Shown here: piece by piece, positions 1 to 10,493 of the stretch
How the letters are laid out: each line of letters opens with the position of its first letter
Numbering within the stretch: the first letter of the stretch is position 1
Source of the DNA: Selaginella moellendorffii
Taxonomy: Eukaryota > Plantae > Lycopodiophyta
Direction: 5' to 3'
DNA length: 30,284 bases
NCBI RefSeq assembly: GCF_000143415.4
Contig: NW_003314283.1
Location: 2,064,633 to 2,094,916 of the forward strand
Notes under the pieces: model-generated
What the model was told of the DNA's origin: nothing
Seen by the model: only the letters and a program-made list of their open reading frames with translations
Database searches by the model: none
Translations under genes and position numbers: made by a program

Positions 1-46
1 CCTAAACCCTAAACCCTAAACCCTAAACCCTAAACCCTAAACCCTA
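1..46 (+). repeat. Plant telomeric repeat (CCCTAAA)n at the window start, probable chromosome end
   Basis: Perfect CCCTAAA array from base 1, C-rich strand running 5'->3' inward as expected for a left chromosome end. Confidence 0.9.
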
Positions 47-100
47 GACTCCGGGTATGTATGAGTGGCCTCAGGCCCCCCACCATCCCAGTCCACACAC

Positions 101-449
101 GGTCAACGCGGGGTCAACGGTCAACGACCGAATATTCCGACAATATTCCCTGCAAAGTGAACCACGTTTTTCGTCGCCGGGTACGCACAAGTGACACAAG
201 CATTGTGGACGTAACGCATGCATCATATCATGCCACGTTTACAAGTTATCTTGCGTCAAAGGTACGTCACCCGCCGGACGAACGCTTACTGTCTTCGGCG
301 ATCCGCCGAAGTCATTCTCCGCGACTACCACTGCTGTGGAGTCACCAACCCCAGCTGTGCTACGCTCGCATCCTCGCGAGCCAACGCCGTCATGCACTTC
401 GCATGGCCGCCACTCGGACTCGCGCCACGTGACAGAGCCAGAATATAAG
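101..449 (+). promoter_or_regulatory. Putative internal Pol II promoter of the hammerhead element (repeated in each unit)
   Basis: Three GGTCAA W-box cores at 101-125, GAATATTC HSE-like motif, G-box GCCACGTG 424-431, TATAAG 444-449 about 40 nt upstream of the ribozyme. Confidence 0.45.
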
Positions 450-485
450 TAGAGTCGGCGCCGAGCTAGGGTTAGGGTAGACGTT

Positions 486-543
486 AGACGACTACACCCG
501 GCTGATGAGTCCCAAAAAGGACGAAACCGGTCTCGGGTTGTCT
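486..543 (+). ncRNA. Type I hammerhead ribozyme (minimal, palindromic stem III)
   Basis: CUGAUGA 502-508; stem II GUCC/GGAC with loop CAAAAA; GAAA 523-526; ACCGGU stem III; GUC cleavage triplet (cut after 532); stem I CCCGG/UCGGG plus AGACGA/UUGUCU. Confidence 0.92.
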
Positions 544-790
544 CTTGTCTTCTCCCTCGCTCGCGAATGAATGAAAATTCATTCTCTTGCCTCCTCTACT
601 TGCTCTCGATCACGCCGTTTCGACAACGGCACATGGAGAATGTGGATTGCGCAAAGTGGTGCCGCGATCTCGCCGGATTGCAACACCGCGGGGTGTCTTT
701 GACCCTAAACGCCTAAACGCGCCTAAACCCTAAACCCTAAACCCTAAACCCTAAACCCTAAACCCTAAACCCTAAACCCTAAACCCTAAA

Positions 791-1547
791 CAACCGCTGG
801 ACTCCGGGTATGTATGAGTGGCCTCAGGCCCCCCACCATCCCAGTCCACACACGGTCAACGCGGGGTCAACGGTCAACGACCGAATATTCCGAGAATATT
901 CCTTGCAAAGTGAACCACGTTTTTCGTCGCCGGGTACGCACAACTGACACAAGCATTGTGGACGTAACGCATGCATCATATCATGCCACGTTTACAAGTT
1001 ATCTTGCGTCAAAGGTACGTCACCCGCCGGACGAACGCTTACTGTCTTCGGCGATCCGCAACTAAAACCGGCGATCCGCAACTACCACTGCTGTGGAGTC
1101 ACCAACCCCAGCTGTGCTACGTTCGCATCCTCGCGAGCCAACGCCGTCATGCACTTCGCATGGCCGCCACTCGGACTCGCGCCACGTGACAGAGCCAGAA
1201 TATAAGTAGAGTCGGCGCCGAGCTAGGGTTAGGGTAGACGTTAGACGACTACACCCGGCTGATGAGTCCCAAAAAGGACGAAACCGGTCTCGGGTTGTCT
1301 CTTGTCTTCTCCCTCGCTCGCGAATGAATGAAAATTCATTCTCTTGCCTCCTCTACTTGCTCTCGATCACGCCGTTTCGACAACGGCACATGGAGAATGT
1401 GGATTGCGCAAAGTGGTGCCGCGATCTCGCCGGATTGCAACACCGCGGGGTGTCTTTGACCCTAAACGCCTAAACGCGCCTAAACCCTAAACCCTAAACC
1501 CTAAACCCTAAACCCTAAACCCTAAACCCTAAACCCTAAACCCTAAA
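791..1547 (+). mobile_element. Telomere-associated hammerhead element, unit 2 (757 bp)
   Basis: 757-bp period with its neighbours; telomeric tract at 1479-1547. Confidence 0.8.
1243..1300 (+). ncRNA. Type I hammerhead ribozyme, copy 2
   Basis: Identical to 486-543; predicted cut after 1289. Confidence 0.92.
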
Positions 1548-2420
1548 CAACCGCTGGACTCCGGGTATGTATGAGTGGCCTCAGGCCCCCCACCATCCCA
1601 GTCCACACACGGTCAACGCGGGGTCAACGGTCAACGACCGAATATTCCGAGAATATTCCTTGCAAAGTGAACCACGTTTTTCGTCGCCGGGTACGCACAA
1701 CTGACACAAGCATTGTGGACGTAACGCATGCATCATATCATGCCACGTTTACAAGTTATCTTGCGTCAAAGGTACGTCACCCGCCGGACGAACGCTTACT
1801 GTCTTCGGCGATCCGCAACTAAAACCGGCGATCCGCAACTACCACTGCTGTGGAGTCACCAACCCCAGCTGTGCTACGTTCGCATCCTCGCGAGCCAACG
1901 CCGTCATGCACTTCGCATGGCCGCCACTCGGACTCGCGCCACGTGACAGAGCCAGAATATAAGTAGAGTCGGCGCCGAGCTAGGGTTAGGGTAGACGTTA
2001 GACGACTACACCCGGCTGATGAGTCCCAAAAAGGACGAAACCGGTCTCGGGTTGTCTCTTGTCTTCTCCCTCGCTCGTGAATGAACGAAAATTCATTCTC
2101 TTGCCTCCTCTACTTGCTCTCGATCACGCCGTCTCGACAACGGCACACGGAGAATGTGGATTGCACAAAGTGGCGCCGCGATCTCGCCGGATTGCAGCAC
2201 CACGGGGTGCCTTTGACCCTAAACGCCTAAACGCGCCTAAATCCTAAAACCTAAACCCTAAACCCTAAACCCTAAACCCTAAACCCTAAACCCTAAACCC
2301 TAAACCCCTAAACCCCTAAACCCTAAACCCTAAACCCTAAACCCCTAAACCCTAAACCCTAAACCCTAAACCCTAAACCCTAAACCCTAAAACCCTAAAC
2401 CCTAAACCCTAAACCCTAAA
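1548..2420 (+). mobile_element. Telomere-associated hammerhead element, unit 3, with a long variant telomeric tract
   Basis: Same unit; tract 2236-2420 includes variants such as CCCCTAAA and CCTAAAA. Confidence 0.8.
2000..2057 (+). ncRNA. Type I hammerhead ribozyme, copy 3
   Basis: Identical to 486-543; predicted cut after 2046. Confidence 0.92.
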
Positions 2421-4540
2421 CAGGTGATATGGATGCATTCCATGCTTTTATATCATGCTTGCAAACCTGGGCTCACGGTGAGGTGATGCATAGGAGCCCG
2501 ACCAACTACAAGGAAGTGTTGGATGCGGCTATCAAGGTACATTTCAATGGTAACCTGCGAAAGGGGAACAAGACGGGGTAGGGGTCCACGTTTAACAAAC
2601 AGGCCAAACCAAGAGGAACATATGGCAAAGGGAAATTCAAGAAGAGTTTTTCTAAGAATGAGTCCTCGGGGTTCCAGAAAGGTAGATCCGGTGGTCAGCA
2701 AGCAAATACATAGGGGAGTCAAGCAAAAAGAGACAAACCCACGGATAAAAAAGTCAAGTCTGCTAGCAATGTGGGAAACAATGTATGCTATAACTGTGGT
2801 GAAGTGGGACACTTTTCAAGGGAATGTCCCTACCCGAGGAAGGCTAGATCCAATATAGCCATTAAGTCGGGTGAAATTCAAATTGAGGTACATGATCCAA
2901 TGCTTAGCTTAAAGTTACTCATTACACGAAAAACTTTGGTAAAGAGTTATTTATGACATCTACTAGTCCTCTAAGGGAAGCTCAGAGGTAGCTTTGTTAA
3001 AATCCTTATTGACAAAAGTGTTTCGGATAATTTTATGGTTGCAGATATAGTTTGGCAAACCGGACTAACGGTGCAGCGGCTTGGTGAACCAGAGTTTATT
3101 CAAGGTAGCCAAAGCACCAATGAGGTACTTCGACAAGCATGAGTCGATGTATGGACATGGAAAGTAGACATGGATTTCACCGTGTTGGACATGGTAGAAT
3201 TTGACGTAATCTTCGGGATGGATTGGTTCAATCAGTTTATGGTAGCCCTGCATGGACAAGGTAGGAACCTTGTGGTACTGGTGAATGCCTAGGGAGCAAG
3301 ATCCAGGGTGGAGCCCCAGGATCTAAAGGTAAGGCGATGCAAGGCCAAAGATTCCTACCTAAACTTGGTGTTCACGAGAGGGCAACTCACTAAAGGAACC
3401 AAGGTAGCATTTTTGTGCTTATTCTCAGTGAAGAGTGATAAAAAGACAAGAATGGAAGAAGCACCTTTAGTGATTTAGTGGGTGTTGGACCAATTCCAAG
3501 ATACCATGCCGGAGGAGCTATTGGTGGGGTTACCCCCTACACGACTGATAGAATATATGATTGAGCTGGTCAAGAGTGCTAAGGCAATGGTGTGTCCACC
3601 CTATTGTTTGAACGAAAAGGAACTCGAGGAGCTCAAGTGCCAAGTAGAAGAGTTGGTAGACAAAAGGCATGCTAGGTTGAGCAAGTCGTCATATAAGGCG
3701 CCAGTGTTATATGTGAAAAAGAAAAATGGTTCTATATGCATGTGCATAGACTATTGGTTGCTCAACAAGTAAACAAAGAAGAATAAATACCCTTTGCCAA
3801 GGATTGAGGACTTATTTGATAGATTGGGAAAGGCAAAATACTTCTCGAAGATTGATCTAAGGTCAGGATATTACCAAATCAGGGTAACAAAGGAAGATGT
3901 TTAGAAGACAACTTATTGGACAAGGTATAAAAGCTTTGAATTTCTGGTGATGCCCTTTGGACTGTGCAATGCGCCGGCAACGTTTTCGGTATTGATGAAT
4001 CACATCTTTGTACCCTATCTGGATCATTTTGTGGTCGTCTATATTGATGACATCTTGATTTATAACAAAATGCTAGAGGAGCATGCCGAACACTTGACGA
4101 AGGTGTTTGAGAAAATAAAGAAACACAAGCTATATGTTAAAGAGAGCAAATGTGACTTTGCTTAACAAAAGGTAAAATTTCTTGGGCATGTGGTGGACAA
4201 AAACGGGCTCAAGATGGACCCTGAGAAGGTCCAAGTGATCCAGGAATGGGAGCAACTATCAAATGCAAATGAGTTTAGGGCATTCTTGGGGTTATGCAAC
4301 TACTACCGAAAGTTTATTAAACACTATTTGAGAGTAACTCTACCTTTAATAGACCAAACGGGTAAAGAGAAGATTGTATGGACAGTGGAATGTAAGGCGG
4401 CATTTGTCCACCTCAAAAAGAAGTTGAGGAAAACTCCCATGTTGGCATTAACAAACTTTGGTAAGGACTTTGAGGTAAAAATGAATGTTTTGGACTTTGC
4501 ATTTGGCGAAGTTTTGAAGGCAGTGTTGGTCGGATAGATG
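2421..4540 (+). mobile_element. Degenerate Ty3/Gypsy gag-pol fragment (zinc knuckle, protease, RT, start of RNase H)
   Basis: CYNCGEVGHFSREC; decayed protease ILIDKSVSDNF; [12 protein letters not shown] and [11 protein letters not shown] motifs; FLGLCNYYRKFI; many stops and frameshifts. Confidence 0.92.
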
Positions 4541-5334
4541 AGTTAAGCTGGCAAATTGGAAACAAAAAATTTGTGGCTTACAGTTAAATGTAAAAGCCAA
4601 TACTTATTCTAGGCATATGCTTAAGATCTAACAGCTGAGAACTAATTATAATTGCCTTAATACAAAAAATTGCTCTATATTATTATTCTTATCCAATATT
4701 GCTTTTTAAAATTTGATAACATTCTTTGATACTATCATGTTATGCTATAAAAGACATATGTTAAAATAAATTTAGAAGAAAACTAAATTTTTTTTATAGT
4801 AATTGCAATAGAAGTTGTTTATCTATGTTTTATAATTTTTATATTAAGATATTTAGCATAGCACTTTAAAAAACTTAGTGTGTTTTTATTTGGTTTCATT
4901 TGAGGTGATTGGTATACATCTTTGATAAGTTCATTACAAATTACGATAATAATGTGGTGTATCATCTTACTTATAAATAAATAAATCTTTAACGTATGCT
5001 ATAAGTTTCAAATGTCTTTAATTTTGTTAAACATTTTTTTTCTTTAATTATGTGTCATATTTGAGGTGTTTGTGTCACTTATCTCACTGTTGGGACTAAT
5101 GATCACTGCTGCTGTTACCTTGGGTACCTTTATCAAATTGGAAATGGTGTTGCAAATGAAGACCACCAAGAAAGGAAATGTTACAGAAGCTACCAAGGAC
5201 TAGTGATACCTCAGCTACTATTTTAGTTATGCAAAGTCATCATTAAAGAAATGGAAAGCAATGTTTACCATAAAAATTTAAGGATATGGATGCATGCATT
5301 ATGTCCACGATGCTTGTGTCAGTTGTACATACCC

Positions 5335-5420
5335 GTTTAGGTTTTAGGGTTTAGGGTTTAGGCGCATTTAGGCGTTTAGGGTTAAAGACACCCCGCAGTG
5401 CTGCAATTCAACAATATCGC
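5335..5420 (-). mobile_element. Inverted, decayed 3'-end fragment of the hammerhead element with telomeric repeats
   Basis: Reverse complement reads GCGATATTGTTGAATTGCAGCACTGCGGGGTGTCTTTAACCCTAAACGCCTAAATGCGCCTAAACCCTAAA, matching the unit 3' end. Confidence 0.88.
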
Positions 5421-6300
5421 ACTGAGAGGGTAGCATGCCCAATTTTTGTATTAGTCCCTTTGGGACATGGGGAATGTACATACACGTTCAGAGCTACTCT
5501 ACGTGATCCTCTGATATTGCAGCTGGACCTAGTCCTGGAGTAGTAGTGGATGAGGTCGTCTCAGTCAAATCGTGTCGATATCCAAGTCTCCCCCACGTGC
5601 TGAGCATAGAACAGAGTTATGGGGGTGCCACTGCCAGCGAATCTCGCCGCCTACCATTTTGCCGAAGCATGGGAGCCACCAGGACCTCCACTCCTCAAGT
5701 TGCCTCGCTTTTGCCCACTCTTTTAGGATGGTGTAATGAAGATGCAGCACTGCAAGAGTGAGTCTCCACCACAATGCCACAAGTGCCGATATCCTCACTT
5801 GTTGCCCGTCAAAGTGACAATGGTTCCATTCCTCCCAAAGTGCTTGCACTCCAGTCACTCTCTAGATGGACCAGTGCTCGTGGCCAATTGCCTCCCAGAC
5901 TGACATCCTGACTTTAGCCCTTGTCACATCCCACTGGACTCGCATGTTCCATCCGTGTCGTCCATGACGACGAATGTGCCTCCACGCTGGACCGATGGCT
6001 GGACCTCTAGCTCCCTCGAACCAGTGGAGGATATCCCCGCTCCGAGCCTCAAACTCTAGAATGTCTCCTAATTCCTGCGTCACCTTGAAGATCTGCCGCC
6101 ATACCTCTCTTGCCATATCACATTCCTAAAGTGCATGGCATGCTATCTCTAGCTCGCCACACTCTTTGCATCGTCAACATGCATCCTCTTGAAAACACTG
6201 TCCTACTAGCAGCCCGTTGTTTGCCACCAACCAAACGGTGGCCTTGACTTTCTCCTCTACCAGTAGTCTCCAGAACGCTAGCGTGTTGTCCACCACTATA
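5421..6300 (-). mobile_element. L1-type LINE remnant, C-terminal zf-RVT region
   Basis: Decayed HAL*ECDMAREVWRQI motif of the zf-RVT type; continues the fragment at 7479-8371; boundaries approximate. Confidence 0.65.
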
Positions 6301-7478
6301 TTAGCTTCAACTCCTTGTGCAATCCATTTCTTCCAGAGCTTGGGTGTTGCGAATGTGACTTCGGGTGTCGAAAGTTACTTGTCAGCTAGTCCTTTCGAAT
6401 ATCTTTCCTTATTGCCACGATGGCAGGAGGTCAGTATTACTGGACTCGTTATCAGTTTCCCACTTGAGCTAGTTGAAAAACTGGTCAATGACCATGTATT
6501 TAGATTGGATAAACATAAAGTAGCATTCTTGAGGTCATTCTTGCTGAGCATACTTGGCTTGGTTTGAGAAACTTGCACTTGCTAGTATCAAGAACCCCCG
6601 CGATATTGAGATTGGTCCCTCAATATCGCTGGATAATAGCTTACCGTGTTTGCCAAACACCCTCGCTATCATGCCTTTTGTGTTAGTCTCATTTCAATCA
6701 CAAATGCTATTTATGGAAAGTGTCCAGATTTGCTCATTTGGCATATCTATGGAATGTAAAGATCGGCCTGAACACAATGGTGTTCGTCCCATGTCCAAAT
6801 TCACATTCTAGCACCATTCCATATTTAGTTAGTAAGTTTTAAGCTTGTCTCAGAGACTAACTCCTGATACTAAGGGAAGCTTGGGGTGAAAGCCCAAAGC
6901 GTGTGTTCCTCAAGGGGGGGGGGGGGGGTGTTATGGGGGGTTCTAATCCAAATGTATAATAGGGATAGTGTGTAGGTTGGGCATGGCCGACCAACCTGAG
7001 GCATAGTCTAGCTCCCGCTTGCATGCCTATCCTTGTTCTGCGCCTAGCCCAAGTTCCATTCTATGCTAGCTGGTGGAGTACCCATATCCTCACAATAAGC
7101 CACCGGTATGCCGAAATAACACCAAACTCCATTTGGCTCCGTTTTGCGTGTTGGTCCTGGCATTGGGATGCTGGTTACTCTAGGACTATTCCAAGTCACT
7201 CCGGGCTCATATCCTTTCACTCCTTGGGCTGTATGCTAGGGAGTTGCTCTATGGATTGGTTCCGTCACTCCTTAGCTTCATGCTTAGGAGTTTGGCACCG
7301 TTCCTTCGTTCAGTGGCCCAAAGCCTTGAACCTTAGGTTCCACACCACTGTCCCTGGACACGTGGCATATGACACGTGGCATGTATCATGTGGCATAAAG
7401 AGGGTTTAGGTTCTGCTTCGTGGTGTTATCCTATGGTAAATCACCATAAGATAAAGGGCCAAAACCATGTGCACTACA
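6300..7478 (+). mobile_element. 3' fragment of LTR retrotransposon family A: 3' internal region, PPT and 3' LTR (6929-7478)
   Basis: G-run PPT 6912-6928 followed by TGTTATGG...GTGCACTACA; homologous to the reverse complements of 15433-16035 and 10100-10440; left boundary approximate. Confidence 0.75.
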
Positions 7479-8371
7479 TTGGGAATCTCCCCTTAGGCTT
7501 CCTCCCTACTAGTCAAGAGACCATCCCGTGCTTCCTTGACTTCAAACAAGAAGAAGCTCTTTGTTCCTCATTTCCATGCTACTAGGTCCCAATCTAAATC
7601 CTCGATGAGTTGCTATCGCCACCATCTAAGAATGCCATCCCTCTGTAGTGTGGCCATTGATTGAACCACCACCAACTACCTCGGGGCCTATCATACTACT
7701 CGAATCCTACCCTTGACTTCATCATCCATCACTGTTGGCATGGCCTGTTCATCTCCTATTGGCAGCAGCATGTCGCTTCTCATAATCCAAAAAGGACACC
7801 CAATATTCTGTTTGGGAGACACAACAAACCACACCTCCACATTGTCATCCTCCCAAGCTGGTGTTGGGGCCATGAATGCCCATGTCCAGGCTGCTAAGCT
7901 GACTCGTTCCCTGCCTGGCTCCACGTCCCGTTGCAGAGCCACAAAGTCTCTAGGCTTGAGACAGTGCCTAGGCATTTCCCTACTGACTGGAAACTCGCTC
8001 CATAGCCTGAGATACCCTTGAACCAGTGTGCCACCCTTGACTACTTGCTTCAGCCCTTCAGCAAAAAGCCAACGTGGATCCTCCTCCCACAGTCTAGCAG
8101 TGTTGTGCCTCGGCTGGATTGCCAACAAGCTCTATCTGAACATGAGCCTCCAAGGTTGGTTACCTGGTTGGAGGCCCATAAGGAGGATTTTGTACCATAG
8201 CGCATTTGCCATGTCACTCGGATCGATCACTCCAAGTCCTCCTAGGACTCGTGGATGTGTTGTTGATTGCCATGCAACCTTTACAATGATCCTACCCATG
8301 ACAAGCACACCCCACTGCACATACTTATGAACCATCATGTGTACCTTTCTGAGAGTGTGTTTGGGGACGGG
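7479..8371 (-). mobile_element. L1-type LINE remnant, region downstream of RT
   Basis: KVAWQSTTHPRVLGGLGVIDPSDMANALWYK matches the plant L1 'VAW...P...GGLG..D...N.AL..K' motif. Confidence 0.8.
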
Positions 8372-8604
8372 TGTTATGATCTAGCGCAAAAAGACAAAAA
8401 TCTAGTTGCCCTAGACTATGCTATGGCACCTCTTAAGGTTCCTCACCACCCAACCACCCCCGAGCTACCTCAAAAGCTCCACTGCGCCACTGCTCCACTG
8501 TGAGCCCTAGGGTAGGTTAAGTCCTCCACCCTAACATACCTTAATATACCCTTGAGCCTCCCTTTGACCAATGTTGACCATGTAGTCAAAGCTGGTGCCT
8601 AACA
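8372..8604 (-). mobile_element. 3' LTR, family C (~233 bp)
   Basis: TGTTA...TAACA ends; PPT (GGGGGGGAAGAA on the minus strand) adjacent at ~8606-8617; homologous to 16494-16710. Confidence 0.85.
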
Positions 8605-8678
8605 ATTCTTCCCCCCCAACAAAGTCCTTGTCCCAAGGACAAGTTGTACAAGTGATCACCCTTTCTGGGGAACCCTGC

Positions 8679-9290
8679 TCAAGCTCTTGGTCCATTGTCC
8701 ACAACCGTATACATCAAGGAGGCATTGGGCTCGTCTCTTTGAGATAGTACACCTTTCAATTGGTTGACATAAAATACCGAATGAATTTTCACCCCAGCTG
8801 GCAACTGCACCCTATAAGCCGCTTTACCAATGTGCTCCAGCACTTCATATGGACCAGCATATCGATAGGAAAGTTTATCACTCTTCCCTGTCCGTAAAGG
8901 CACCAAGGTGTTTTGCCGCTCACTTGACGGAAAGATCACACATACAAAGATGAGATCACCCACCTTATATTCCCGGAATTGGCGATGCTCATTGGCAAAC
9001 TTCTCCGCTCTATCCTGAGCTGCTTGCAAATTCTGTTTGCACACCACCAGAATCTCATCAAATTCTGTTGTCAGATCAATTGCCTCGGAATCAAGCTTAT
9101 CTTGAATGTCTTTACTCAAATGCAATCCCAACTCCACTGCTGTTCGAGGATGCCTTCCAAATATGGCAAAGTAAGGACTTAGCCTAGTTCCACTGTGTTG
9201 GCTATTGTTGTAAGCAAATTGCATCAACGGAAGATATAAATCCCATTGTCCTTGCCTTTGACCAATGTTACAACGTAGTATATCCTCCAC
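8679..9290 (-). mobile_element. Ty3/Gypsy integrase C-terminal fragment with SH3-like domain
   Basis: WDLYLPLMQFAYNNSQHSGTRLSPY; KLSYRYAGPYEVLEHIGKAAYRVQLP; IHSVFYVNQLK. Confidence 0.9.
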
Positions 9291-9297
9291 CACGGGG

Positions 9298-10097
9298 GAG
9301 CTGGCTCTAGTTCCCCTGGGAGATCGACTGGCCGATGCTCCCAGTCCAAATGTGGGTGGCACTACCTACTTGGATACTCGGCGTAGCTCAATGGAACCTC
9401 GCTCTAAGCCCATGGCTAGAGCACCCAAAGGCGGAAGGCGGGGAGAATACCCATGAGGTCCGCGTAAAGCCACGGTGTTCCGAAATGTTGTCCCAAAGGC
9501 CCAGACTGTGGAANNNNNNNNNNNNNNNNNNNNNNNNNNNNNNNNNNNNNNNNNNNNNNNNNNNNNNNNNNNNNNNNNNNNNNNNNNNNNNNNNNNNNNN
9601 NNNNNNNNNNNNNGGACTTAGTGGTCGGGCATGTGAGCCTCGATCTAGTGGCAGTGTTGGCGAACACGGCCATGGGCAGAAAGGGACTTGGTGGGGACTA
9701 GGAAAGGGGTATTGGGGAAGGCTAATCCCCGTGTCTGTGGACATCCTGAGGATGCTAAAGAGTGGATCTGGAATGATCACTCATGGACGGATGGCCCTGT
9801 CCTGGAGAGACGGGACTGTGATGCAGGTGGTGTTAGACCATCGGTGTAACCAAGGTGAAGGGGCATGGCTTAGCGTAACAGGCTGATATGTCAATGGTAC
9901 CTTGGGGTGTCGGTCACGAGATCAGACACGTGAAGCACTTGGATCGAGTACAAAGGTTGAGTGGCAGGGATGCCATTCTCGGGGCTAGCAAGTTCAAGTC
10001 CGAAATGGGACTTAGGGAGGTTGTGAGTGAGACTCCTCCAAGTGGTCGGAGGTGTGGTTAAGTGACTAAAATAGAATGGAAAATTTAGTCGCTTGCA
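9298..10097 (-). mobile_element. Truncated LTR, family B (inverted paralog of 12401-13175); contains a 100-N gap at 9514-9613
   Basis: Minus strand starts TGCAAGCGACTAAATTTTCC, matching TGTAAGCGACTAAATTTTCC at 12401. Confidence 0.8.
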
Positions 10098-10493
10098 GCA
10101 TGGTAAGCTATCATCCAACAATATTAAGATATTAATCTCAATATGCAAGGGTTTTTGTCAAGCCAGTGCAAGATAGAGCAAAAGAGAATTAATAAGCCGG
10201 GCCAAGTATGCTTGGCTAAATAGACACTTAGGAATTCTTTCCCTATGCTTGTCTGGCCAAGTATAAATGCAAAGTCTAGTTTACTAACACTTGAACTGAT
10301 AAAGGGTTTAGCAATACCAACCTCCTACAGTTATGGCAGTAAGAAAAGAATATCTGAAAGGACTAGCTGATAGGTAACTTTTGATACCTAAAGTTATATT
10401 TGCGATAGTTATTGCTCGTAAGCCAATTTCTTGTATCAATTGGGTAATTCGAAGAGTCAGTGCCAAAAGCAATGTGCGTTGCTTCGGAATGAG

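Larger units (their letters stand above)
47..790 (+). mobile_element. Telomere-associated hammerhead element, unit 1 (5'-truncated, telomere-capped)
   Basis: Homologous to 791-1547, 1548-2420 and 21114-22743; contains a hammerhead; ends GACCCTAAACGCCTAAACGCGCCTAAA followed by (CCCTAAA)n at 722-790. Confidence 0.8.

Noticed and set aside
424-790. Telomerase RNA gene
   Set aside because: Has a TATA box and CCCTAAA, but no clear USE (TCCCACAT) or oligo-T terminator; the template-like part is at the 3' end; multicopy and contains a hammerhead
61-2247. ORFs within the tandem units, and those at 21129-21818
   Set aside because: No recognisable domain; frames are broken differently between copies while the RNA motif is conserved
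47-2420. Classical LTR retrozyme
   Set aside because: Those carry type III hammerheads in LTRs with PBS, PPT and TSD; none seen here and the ribozyme is type I
1-2420. CRISPR-like repeat-spacer array
   Set aside because: Eukaryotic context; repeats are telomeric and the intervening units are near-identical, not unique spacers
2421-4540. Adjacent RT as the autonomous partner of the ribozyme units
   Set aside because: It is a decayed Ty3/Gypsy pol, not a PLE- or TERT-like RT
4540-5280. AT-rich block as a possible gene or transposon (also 22744-23430)
   Set aside because: No ORF, terminal repeats or motif that I can support
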